From the NCBI GenBank assembly GCA_049697595.1, contig JBAVWC010000001.1, positions 1 through 43,688 of the forward strand: a DNA stretch of 43,688 nt. Reading direction: 5' to 3'. This document shows positions 10,228 to 18,545 of this stretch, in pieces (position 1 is the stretch's first letter; each line of letters opens with the position of its first letter). The notes under the pieces are model-generated. The model was not told the origin of the DNA. It did no database searches and worked only from the letters and a program-made list of their open reading frames with translations. The stretch comes from Alphaproteobacteria bacterium (GTDB lineage Bacteria > Pseudomonadota > Alphaproteobacteria > UBA9219). The position numbers were made by a program, and so were the translations under genes.

Positions 10228-11021
10228 CCGATCCTATTCCCCTGAAGAACGATAAATCATCGGCGCCTGTCGCGTCTTTGCAATGCCCGAATATGGTGGC
10301 TGTCGCCAGCGGCAAAGGCGGCGTGGGAAAAACCTGGTTTTCGATTACCTTGTGTCACGCGCTGGCGCGGTCGGGAAAGAAAACGCTTCTGTTCGACGGC
10401 GATTTGGGATTGGCTAATGTCGATATTCAATTGGGCCTGACTCCGGAGAAGGATTTGAGCGCAGTCGTGGACGGGACTTCGACTTTGGCGTCTGCCGTTA
10501 CGCGCTATGCCGAAGGCGGGTTCGATATTCTGGCCGGGCGTTCGGGGTCGGGCAACTTGGCAATGCTCGCTTCGCAAAAACTTTCCGAAGTGCGCAACGA
10601 TCTTATTACGCTGGCCAAGGATTACGATAACGTCATCATCGATCTGGGTGCGGGGGTTGATCGTCCGGTGCGGCAAATGGCGGGGCCTGCGGCCTTTACC
10701 TATATCGTTGTGACGGATGAACCGACATCGCTGACGGATGCCTATGCCTTTATCAAACTGGCGCGCGCCGCCAATCCAACCGCCGAGATGCGTATTGTCG
10801 TCAATATGGCGGCGACGACAAATGAGGGACAAAAAACTTACGACACAATCCGCAAAGCCTGCGAGAGTTTCCTGAGCTATAGCCCTACGCTGGCGGGCAT
10901 CATTCGCCGCGATCCGAAAGTGCGCGATGCCATTCGCGCGCAGACCGCTCTGCTGATCCGTTCGCCGACAACTCAAGCTGCGCAGGATGTTGAGGCGATT
11001 GCGGCGCAGATACGGGTTTAA
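10224..11021 (+). CDS. flhG: MinD/ParA-type flagellar number regulator FlhG (FleN)
   Basis: Deviant Walker A ASGKGGVGKT. The ATG at 10224 overlaps the flhF stop as ATGA. The longer ORF-track start (10083) lies inside flhF. Confidence 0.8.
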   Translation: MTDPIPLKNDKSSAPVASLQCPNMVAVASGKGGVGKTWFSITLCHALARSGKKTLLFDGDLGLANVDIQLGLTPEKDLSAVVDGTSTLASAVTRYAEGGFDILAGRSGSGNLAMLASQKLSEVRNDLITLAKDYDNVIIDLGAGVDRPVRQMAGPAAFTYIVVTDEPTSLTDAYAFIKLARAANPTAEMRIVVNMAATTNEGQKTYDTIRKACESFLSYSPTLAGIIRRDPKVRDAIRAQTALLIRSPTTQAAQDVEAIAAQIRV

Positions 11022-11038
11022 GGGAAAGCGGGGCGGAG

Positions 11039-12880
11039 ATGGCTGATATCCAATCCGCCACACCAGCGCTGACATCATCGGTTGCGTCGGCGTCGCCCAG
11101 CTCCGCGCTGAGTGTCGTTCAGGTCGCGATAAGCAATGTTTCGCAGGCTTTGGCGAATTTGGGGCATTCTATACAGACCAATGCCACGCCTGTTTCTCTT
11201 TCGGCGGCGAATGAGTTGACGCTCATCACCGCGCTGGGGAATATCACGGTGACGCTCGCGGTGCAGATGAGCGCGGTTGAGCGGCAAAATCTTCTGCAGC
11301 AATTGATGAATCTTATTCAGGCGCAGAAGCCTTTGACTCTGTCATTGCAAGCGGGTTCGCCGCCGACGCAAGGGGCTTTACTGCTTCCCGCTATGCCCGT
11401 GTCTGCCCCGACGACGGTGCAAAACGCCTCTGCTCTGCCGCCTTTGCCGAATATACCGCTTCCGCCTTTGGCCGTGGGGGAAACGCTGCCTGCTGTTGTG
11501 CTGCCTTCGCTTTCGCAGCCTGTGATTTCGATAGGGGCGCAAACGCAGATTCCTAATTCACAAAATATGCCTTTGTCACCTATCGCGCCATTGGCGGTGA
11601 ATGAAGTTCCGACGCTGGCAACTCCGGTTGTGCCTGTGACACCGCTATCTGTGCCCCCGTCGTCTGCGATGACACCGCCGCCTGTAGGGAATGCTGCTCC
11701 TGTGGGGCCTCTATCGGTTACTCCTGCTGCTTCGTTGGAAATACCGGCTGAAGTTCCTGTGGCGAGCCCTGTTGCGAATATTGCTGTTCAGAATGCGCCT
11801 GTAACTGTGGCACAAACAGTGTCGGCAACGCCTGTTTCACCTGTTGTCAATGCAATGCCGCAGGTGAATGTTTTGCCTTCTGTGCCGCAAGTCTCTTTAT
11901 CTACTGCACCACAAACCCCACCCCCGCTGGCTGTTCTTCTGCAGCCCGGCAATGAGGTTACTTTGCGGGTTGAAGTTGTTGTTCCTCCCTCGGCTGAGAT
12001 TGGAACGGGGCAAGGGCCCCTGCCCGGCTTGCCTGCGCTTGCGCCCAATCAAATTGTTGCAACGGTGAGTGGAATAGGAACTGACGGGCAGCTTATTTTG
12101 AAAGCTGGCGACGCGACTTTGTTTGTGAAGGCGCAGGTCGCGGCTCCTGTCGGAACCAATGTTGTGGTGACGGTGGAGGCGGCGAAAGAAATACCGCTGG
12201 TGACTTTGCCGCAGAGCGCGGCGACGAATTTCTCGGCTTTGCCGCAAGCAATGGCGGCTCTGGCGGAAAGCAATCCGCAGGCCTTGTTGCAAATGGTGGC
12301 GACGCATTTGCCACAGCCGACGCAATCTTTGCCGGGAGCTTTGCTGTTTTTGTTTAGCGCGTTCAAGCAAGGGGATGTGAGCGGCTGGCTGGGACAGAGT
12401 GCGACCGACAGCCTTATGCGCGCCGGAAAAATGGATATTGTCGCCAGCTTGTCTCGTGAGTTAAGCGGCGCGGGGCAGACGGCGCAGGATGGGGTGGTGG
12501 GCGAGTGGAACACTTATCCTATACCTCTTTATTCCGGGCAGCAGTTTCATGCGTTGACGCTGTATGTTCATAGCGACAGGGATGCGCGGAAAGATCAATC
12601 AAGCGGCGCGACACCGGGCGTCGGCAAGATACGGTTTTTGATCGATATGCGGTTGAGCAAATTAGGCGCGATGCAAATCGACGGGTTTGTGCAGCCGAAA
12701 AAACTGGATATGGTTTTGCGCAGCGAGGCGATTTTGCCGGAGGGGCTGCATAACGAATTGCGTACATCATATATTAAGGCTCTGGACGCCGTGGGTTATA
12801 CGGGGGCGCTGAATTTTCAGGTGGGGCGGCAGCATTGGATGATGATGCAGAAGGCGGCGGAGCGGGGGATTGTGACGTAG
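11039..12880 (+). CDS. Pro/Ala/Val-rich flagellar hook-length control (FliK)-like protein
   Basis: 613 aa. Long low-complexity P/V/A-rich centre. The C-terminal block IRFLIDMRLSKLGAMQIDGFVQPKKLDMVLRSEAILPEGLHNELRTSYIKALDAVGY resembles the Flg_hook domain pattern. It is the last gene of the + strand flagellar operon. Confidence 0.5.
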   Translation: MADIQSATPALTSSVASASPSSALSVVQVAISNVSQALANLGHSIQTNATPVSLSAANELTLITALGNITVTLAVQMSAVERQNLLQQLMNLIQAQKPLTLSLQAGSPPTQGALLLPAMPVSAPTTVQNASALPPLPNIPLPPLAVGETLPAVVLPSLSQPVISIGAQTQIPNSQNMPLSPIAPLAVNEVPTLATPVVPVTPLSVPPSSAMTPPPVGNAAPVGPLSVTPAASLEIPAEVPVASPVANIAVQNAPVTVAQTVSATPVSPVVNAMPQVNVLPSVPQVSLSTAPQTPPPLAVLLQPGNEVTLRVEVVVPPSAEIGTGQGPLPGLPALAPNQIVATVSGIGTDGQLILKAGDATLFVKAQVAAPVGTNVVVTVEAAKEIPLVTLPQSAATNFSALPQAMAALAESNPQALLQMVATHLPQPTQSLPGALLFLFSAFKQGDVSGWLGQSATDSLMRAGKMDIVASLSRELSGAGQTAQDGVVGEWNTYPIPLYSGQQFHALTLYVHSDRDARKDQSSGATPGVGKIRFLIDMRLSKLGAMQIDGFVQPKKLDMVLRSEAILPEGLHNELRTSYIKALDAVGYTGALNFQVGRQHWMMMQKAAERGIVT

Positions 12881-12919
12881 GGGGGGGTAAATATTTCATC
12901 TGCGTAACCCCTCACCCGT

Positions 12920-12965
12920 CTCGCGCAAGAAAGAGCGCGAGCCACCCTTTCCCTATGGGAGAGGG
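12920..12965. terminator. Two adjacent hairpins between the convergent fliK-like and fliJ genes
   Basis: CTCGCGC-N8-GCGCGAG (12920-12941) and CCCTTTCCC-TAT-GGGAGAGGG (12945-12965). No clear U-tract, so terminator function is inferred from position only. Confidence 0.35.
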
Positions 12966-12968
12966 AAG

Positions 12969-13385
12969 TTAGTCCCTCTTCTTCCGTTCGTGCATTACGC
13001 CGCCGACTTCGTCGAGGGCTAGGGTTTCGCGGCGGCGGGCGGCTTGGGCTTCTTCTTCGATGCGTTGTTCTTCGGCGATTTCGTAGCGTTTTTGTTCTTC
13101 GAAGAGTTCGGCCAGTTTTTCCTGGGCGATTTTTACGGCGAGCGCAGCCGTGTGGCGTTCTTTTTCTAATGCGCGGCCTTGCATCACCATATCCTTGAGA
13201 AACGCGCCGTAAGTGGTGCGGGTTTCGTTGTCTTTGGCGACGGCTTGTTCGCGGGCTTTGCGGATTTCCAGTTCGACGATTTTGTTTTGGATTTGATCGA
13301 GCTGTTCCAGCAAGCGCGCGAGATGCAAGCGCTGTTCATCGACATAAGTTTTTTGCAGCTTGATGAGGGTGGCAAGGCTTTTCAT
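12969..13385 (-). CDS. fliJ: Flagellar export chaperone FliJ-like coiled-coil protein
   Basis: 138 aa, charged and heptad-rich (MKSLATLIKLQKTYVDEQRLHLARLLEQLDQ...), directly downstream of fliI. The ORF-track N-terminal extension (to 13445) is translated repeat DNA (NSPLPNPPRRGEGIP). Confidence 0.6.
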   Translation of the reverse strand: MKSLATLIKLQKTYVDEQRLHLARLLEQLDQIQNKIVELEIRKAREQAVAKDNETRTTYGAFLKDMVMQGRALEKERHTAALAVKIAQEKLAELFEEQKRYEIAEEQRIEEEAQAARRRETLALDEVGGVMHERKKRD

Positions 13386-13387
13386 GG

Positions 13388-13570
13388 GAATTCCCTCCCC
13401 CCTGCGTGGAGGGTTAGGGAGGGGGGAGTTCCGCATGAAATACAATAAAGAATTTGAAACAATCTTGCCACAGAGCTAACGGTAAGATTAGTCGTGCATT
13501 TCGAACGTAAGTTCTTGCTGCACCCCCCCCTCCCTAACCCTCCCCACAAGGGGGAGGGAATATCTGTCAT
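13388..13570. mobile_element. MITE-like element bounded by inverted copies of the C-rich repeat and flanked by an 11-bp direct duplication
   Basis: Left arm 13386-13428 and right arm 13522-13560 are about 38-bp inverted repeats. GCTTTTCATGG is present at 13377-13387 and 13571-13581. Confidence 0.6.
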
Positions 13571-13575
13571 GCTTT

Positions 13576-14913
13576 TCATGGCCACTTAACGCCCAATATC
13601 TGCGCCAACCTTGCATAGGTGGCGGAGAAGTTGGTTTGTTCGTCTTTGTTCTGGCGCATGAAATCTTCGAGGGGGGTGTAGAAGTTTATGGCCTCGTCTA
13701 CTTCGGCATTGCTGCCTTTGCGGTAGGCTCCCAGACGGATCATTTCGGCCATATTTTCATAGGCGGCGAGGTGACTGCGGGCGCGGCTGACGATTTCGTT
13801 TTCGGCGTCGTTGTTACAGCCGGGCATCGTTCGGGAAATGCTGCGCAGGACGTTGACGGCGGGAAAGCGGCCTCGTTCCGCTATCGCGCGGTCGAGGACG
13901 ATGTGGCCGTCGAGAATGCCTCGCGCGGCGTCTGCAATTGGTTCGTTGTGATCGTCGGCATCGACGAGGACGGTGAATAATCCTGTGATGCTGCCTTTGC
14001 CTTTTTCGCCCGGCCCTGCGCGTTCGAGGAGTTTGGGGAGTTCCGAGAAAACCGTGGGCGGGTAGCCTTTGGTCGTCGGCGGTTCGCCCGCTGCGAGGCC
14101 GATTTCGCGCTGGGCCATTGCGAAGCGCGTGACGCTGTCCATCAGGCACAGAACCTGTTTGCCCTGATCGCGGAAATATTCGGCGACGGCCATTGTCATA
14201 AAGGCGGCTTGACGGCGCATGAGGGGAGCTTCGTCGGAGGTGGCGACGATGACGATGCTGCGCGCGAGGCCCGCTTCGCCGAGATCGTCGTGAATAAATT
14301 CCTGAACCTCGCGCCCGCGTTCGCCGATAAGGCCGATGACCGAGACATCTGCCGACGTATAGCGGGCGGCCATTGACATGAGCGTGGATTTGCCGACGCC
14401 GGAACCGGCGAAGATGCCCATGCGCTGTCCTTGGCACAAGGTGGTGAAGGCGTTGACGGCCCGGACTCCGAGATCGAGTTTCGCGCCGACTCGCTGCCGC
14501 ATATGGGCGGGAGGGGGTGGGCTGCGAACGAGGCAGGGCATATCGCCGTGAGGGAGCGGGCCTTTGCCGTCTATCGGTTCGCCGAGCGCATTGATGACGC
14601 GGCCCAGCCAGCCCTGGGTGGGGTTGATGACGGGCTGAGCGATAGCGATTTCGACTTTACAGCCGAGCCCTACGCCTTCCAACGGAGCGAAGGGAAGCAT
14701 GAGAGCTTTGCCGTCGCGGAAGCCAACCGTCTCGCACAGGACGCGGCGGTTGCCCAGCGCGATGACGTTGCAGCGGCCACCGACGGACAGGTGGCCTTCA
14801 ATACCGGCGACTTCGATGAGCAATCCCTGAACGGCGACGACCCGCCCGAATGTTTTTACGGGAGAGATCGCGTCGATACGGCTGGCGAGCGTGGCGATGT
14901 CTTTGGTCGTCAT
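13576..14913 (-). CDS. fliI: Flagellum-specific ATPase FliI
   Basis: 445 aa. Walker [13 protein letters not shown] and F1/T3SS ATPase-type sequence throughout ([23 protein letters not shown]). Confidence 0.95.
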   Translation of the reverse strand: MTTKDIATLASRIDAISPVKTFGRVVAVQGLLIEVAGIEGHLSVGGRCNVIALGNRRVLCETVGFRDGKALMLPFAPLEGVGLGCKVEIAIAQPVINPTQGWLGRVINALGEPIDGKGPLPHGDMPCLVRSPPPPAHMRQRVGAKLDLGVRAVNAFTTLCQGQRMGIFAGSGVGKSTLMSMAARYTSADVSVIGLIGERGREVQEFIHDDLGEAGLARSIVIVATSDEAPLMRRQAAFMTMAVAEYFRDQGKQVLCLMDSVTRFAMAQREIGLAAGEPPTTKGYPPTVFSELPKLLERAGPGEKGKGSITGLFTVLVDADDHNEPIADAARGILDGHIVLDRAIAERGRFPAVNVLRSISRTMPGCNNDAENEIVSRARSHLAAYENMAEMIRLGAYRKGSNAEVDEAINFYTPLEDFMRQNKDEQTNFSATYARLAQILGVKWP

Positions 14914-14989
14914 TGTGGTATTCTGCCCTTTCCTCGCTTGCTTTTCCAGTCTGTTTCAGCACTAATCGCATAATCAGAGAATCAGTTCC

Positions 14990-16501
14990 ATGACCTTCAT
15001 CCGCCACACAATTCAACGAATATCGGCAACGCCGGAACGCCTGTTCTGGGCCTTTGCGACCCTGCATGTCGTTTTGTGGACGCTGGTGTCGAGTCTTGTC
15101 TGCCAGAATTTGCCTTTGGACGTTATCGAGGGCTATGCGTGGGGGCATGAATGGCTGATCGGCACGCATAAACACCCCCCTATGCAGGCGTGGCTTCTGG
15201 AAAGTGTTTATGCCGTTACCGGGCGCGCGCGGTGGGCACCTTATCTGACCAGCCAGTTGGCAATCGTTACGGCCTTCTGGGCGGTGTGGCAGACGGGGAA
15301 GCGCATTGCGGGTGAACCGGCGGCGCTGGTCGGGGTGCTCCTGCTGGAAGGTATTGTTTATTACAATTTCACCTCGCCGGAATTTAATCCGAATGTTTTG
15401 CAGCTTCCCTTCTGGGCTTTGGCGGGGTGGTCGTTCCATAAGGCCGTCAAGGACGACAAGCTTATCGATTGGTGGCTGCTGGGCCTGTGGGCTGCTGGCG
15501 GCATGTACACCAAATATAGTTCGGGGTTGTTTTTGCTGACACTGGCGGGTTCCATGCTGGCGCACCGCGACGGGCGGCGGCGTTTAACAAGCGTTGGGCC
15601 TTATCTTGCCGTGGCCGTAGCCGTTGTTTTGTTACTGCCGCATTTATCGTGGCTGGTTCATAATGATTTTATTCCCTGGAAATATACGCAAGGACGGCTG
15701 GAACGAAACTACGACCAGTATTCGGTGGCGATTACAACCGTTCTTATGGTCGTGGGGCAGTTGATTGCTTTGCTGTTTGCAATGCTGTTGATGCTTGTGC
15801 TTTATGATCGGCGGCGCGCGCCGGAGCGTGCACCGGCGGCGTCGTTTGACCGTGTTTTCCTGAGTTTTGCCGCTTTCGGTCCTTTTTTGACGACGTTCTG
15901 CCTGTCGCTGTTTTTTGGCTATCACATTCGGGATATGTGGGAGACTCCGTTCTGGAATTTTATCGGATTGTGGGCTGTGGTTTTTTTCCGCCCTGCCCTG
16001 ACCTCGTTTGATTTACACCGGTTTTCTATAGCGTGGGTTTTAGTTTTCTTTGCCGGACTCTTGGCATTTGTCTCCAATGAAACTTTGTCTCCTTATGTGA
16101 CGGCGAAACCCAAACGCACGATTTTTCCGGGCCACAGGCTTTCCGATGCGATTATAAGCCAATGGCATGCGCGGTTTCATGCGCCGTTGCATTATGTCAT
16201 CGGCAACACTTGGCTGGCGGGGAATGTCGCGTGGTATGCGGATGACCGCCCACATGTCTTGATGGAAGGAGATCCGAGCATCAGCCCTTGGATTGACATG
16301 AGCGATTTGAAGAAATCTGGCGGAGTGATTGTTTGGTGCATTCACTGCGGGGAAAAACATATTGGCCCCGATTCCGTGCCGGATGCCTTGCAAACGGAGT
16401 TTCCGCAGGCGCAGGTTCAGGCGCCGTTGACGCTGCTGCGTATGACTTTTGCCAATGTTTCGCCTGCGGTTATCGGCTGGGCGATTGTGCCGCCGGAATA
16501 A
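14990..16501 (+). CDS. GT39/ArnT-PMT-like polytopic membrane glycosyltransferase
   Basis: 503 aa with many TM segments. The N-terminal periplasmic-loop motif LPLDVIEGYAWGHEW...HPPMQAWLL is typical of lipid-carrier-dependent GT-C enzymes. Divergent from fliI across 76 bp. Confidence 0.7.
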   Translation: MTFIRHTIQRISATPERLFWAFATLHVVLWTLVSSLVCQNLPLDVIEGYAWGHEWLIGTHKHPPMQAWLLESVYAVTGRARWAPYLTSQLAIVTAFWAVWQTGKRIAGEPAALVGVLLLEGIVYYNFTSPEFNPNVLQLPFWALAGWSFHKAVKDDKLIDWWLLGLWAAGGMYTKYSSGLFLLTLAGSMLAHRDGRRRLTSVGPYLAVAVAVVLLLPHLSWLVHNDFIPWKYTQGRLERNYDQYSVAITTVLMVVGQLIALLFAMLLMLVLYDRRRAPERAPAASFDRVFLSFAAFGPFLTTFCLSLFFGYHIRDMWETPFWNFIGLWAVVFFRPALTSFDLHRFSIAWVLVFFAGLLAFVSNETLSPYVTAKPKRTIFPGHRLSDAIISQWHARFHAPLHYVIGNTWLAGNVAWYADDRPHVLMEGDPSISPWIDMSDLKKSGGVIVWCIHCGEKHIGPDSVPDALQTEFPQAQVQAPLTLLRMTFANVSPAVIGWAIVPPE

Positions 16502-16567
16502 ATTGAAGGATTGGCGGTTGGCCATTCTTTTGCTAGATTTTAGCTTCGAAATTCTTTGGAAAAAGTT

Positions 16568-18478
16568 ATGGCTCTTCAAATCAAGACGTTCAGCAATCAA
16601 TCGGGCGGCAACGCATTTTATAAAGCGGTGACGCATCCTTTGTCTGCCTCCAAGGCACGCGAGCTGATCGCCGGAATACGCAAAAACGGGCCGGTGGCGA
16701 TTTATGATCCGCTGGGGCAGTTGGAAAGCTTTGCCGAATTTTTTCCGCTGAAGGATGTCGAGATCGCCGGATATTTCGTGCAGGATGTCGAACAAATCGG
16801 GCGCGTATGGAACGGGCATGCCGCTCAACCCGTCACCGCGCTGAAAGATTGCGCGTGCAAGCATGTTTTTATCGCGGCGTTCGATGCGACGAAACTGGCG
16901 GATCATATTCGCCTTTTTACGCCGCCGCAGGTGCGGGTTCATAGTCTGGATAGCTTGCGTTTGCCCGATGCGATGATAAGCGATCGTCGCAATTATCTGG
17001 GCAACATCAATTTCGCTACCAATTTCGCCTTTTTCCGCGACGGAAGCGGGCAACACACGCGCATCGTGACGGCGAATTACTGGAGCACTTATGGCAGCGT
17101 GGCACCGCGTATGTGGTGTTATCTGATCGACGGCGCGGGCGAAAAAATGGCCGAGTGGTTCGAGACTTTGCCCGCCGCCAATGCCTCGATTGTTTTCGAC
17201 AGCTCGGAAATTCGCCAACGGTTTCGGTTGCCGGAATTTACAGGGCAATTATTTTTGCATGTCGTCGGCGCTGCAGGGCATGATGTGGTTAAATATGCGC
17301 TCGACACCTATGGCGACGAGGGGCATGTTTTATCTTGCACGCACGATGCGAATGCGTGGCCTTCGAACCAGTTTGCCGGATTGCCCGCGCCGACCGATGA
17401 CGAAAGCGTCGTCGTGTGGCTGCAAAACAGTCATCCGCGCGAGATACCGGCGGGCGAGGTCGGTTTGAATTTAATGGGCAGCGATAAAATCGTGACACTC
17501 GATAAAACGATTGCGCCTTATAGCACTTACAAACTCGATGTCGCCGCATTGCTGCCCGATGCGCGGTGGCCGCAGCAGATCGAGATTCAGGCAGGGAAGA
17601 ATTTCGTGCGCCCGCGTTACGAGATTACGACCACCAGCAACGCGCACACGCGGATTTCGCACCCCAATGTCGAACGCGACGATTTGAAACCTGATCCAAA
17701 GCTTGCCAAGCTGGGCGATTTGCTGGGCAAGCTTTATATTTTGCCCGCACCCGTTTTGCCGCTGGATCGCTATACGTCGCTTGCGTTGCCCACGCCTATG
17801 TCGACGACGCAGATGCATTTGCCGGTGAAGGCTTTGGTTTATGATGCGCGCGGGACTTTGGCTCTGGAGCACAAGTTTGGAAATTTGAAGCGCAAAGATT
17901 CCGTTGCGATCAATTTGAACGAGCTGCTCACGGACAAAAAACTTGAAAGCGGCTATGGGCATATCGAGCTGGTTTATGATTTCGCCGCAGGACAAGAGGC
18001 GGACGGCTGGATGCATGCGTTGTTCCGCTATCACGACCGCGTTTCGGGACACGCTGCCGAGACCAGTTTTGGCGCGCATGTTTTCAATACGGTTCTGACT
18101 TATAAAAACGAGCCACAAAGCTATGCAGGACGCGCGCCCGGTTTGAGCACGCGCTTGTTCCTGCGCGTCGGGGGCAAGCCTTATGACACGATGTGCCATT
18201 TGATTTACCCGGCCTCCCTGCCCTGGCATCCGACATCGGACACGGTTCTGGCTTTGACATCGACGGCGGGACAGGAAATCGCCAAAAAGACGGTGCGGAT
18301 TCCTTGCGGCGGGTCTTTGTTGTGGCGCGTCAGCGAAGTTTTTACTGAAGAGCAAGTGCGCGCCGCCGGGCCGCATCCCTATGTCGTGATCCGCGATACG
18401 ACTTGCCGTTTGTTCGGCTATCACGGGCTGACCAGCGGAGACAAAGCATTTAGCCTTGATCACATGTTTGGGTTTTAA
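16568..18478 (+). CDS. Hypothetical 637-aa soluble protein with no family recognised
   Basis: A long uninterrupted ORF with ordinary composition. I prefer the ATG at 16568; the ORF-track TTG is at 16556. A strong hairpin follows it at 18494-18525. Confidence 0.6.
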   Translation: MALQIKTFSNQSGGNAFYKAVTHPLSASKARELIAGIRKNGPVAIYDPLGQLESFAEFFPLKDVEIAGYFVQDVEQIGRVWNGHAAQPVTALKDCACKHVFIAAFDATKLADHIRLFTPPQVRVHSLDSLRLPDAMISDRRNYLGNINFATNFAFFRDGSGQHTRIVTANYWSTYGSVAPRMWCYLIDGAGEKMAEWFETLPAANASIVFDSSEIRQRFRLPEFTGQLFLHVVGAAGHDVVKYALDTYGDEGHVLSCTHDANAWPSNQFAGLPAPTDDESVVVWLQNSHPREIPAGEVGLNLMGSDKIVTLDKTIAPYSTYKLDVAALLPDARWPQQIEIQAGKNFVRPRYEITTTSNAHTRISHPNVERDDLKPDPKLAKLGDLLGKLYILPAPVLPLDRYTSLALPTPMSTTQMHLPVKALVYDARGTLALEHKFGNLKRKDSVAINLNELLTDKKLESGYGHIELVYDFAAGQEADGWMHALFRYHDRVSGHAAETSFGAHVFNTVLTYKNEPQSYAGRAPGLSTRLFLRVGGKPYDTMCHLIYPASLPWHPTSDTVLALTSTAGQEIAKKTVRIPCGGSLLWRVSEVFTEEQVRAAGPHPYVVIRDTTCRLFGYHGLTSGDKAFSLDHMFGF

Positions 18479-18493
18479 TTCTGCAAAAAAATC

Positions 18494-18525
18494 GGGGGCA
18501 GGATGCCGTTTCCGGCGCTGCCCCC
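18494..18525. terminator. Bidirectional stem-loop between convergent genes
   Basis: GGGGGCAG-N16-CTGCCCCC, with an A-run upstream and a T-rich stretch downstream. Confidence 0.6.
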
Positions 18526-18545
18526 GTTGTTACTTTTCTCGCGCC

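Noticed and set aside
13386-13445. N-terminal extension of the fliJ ORF (MYFMRNSPLPNPPRRGEGIP...). The same issue affects the ORFs at 13382-13585, 1252-1500 and 42676-42870.
   Set aside because: The extra residues are translations of the C-rich repeat element. The internal ATG at 13385 has the SD-like sequence and matches the duplicated fliI/fliJ junction.
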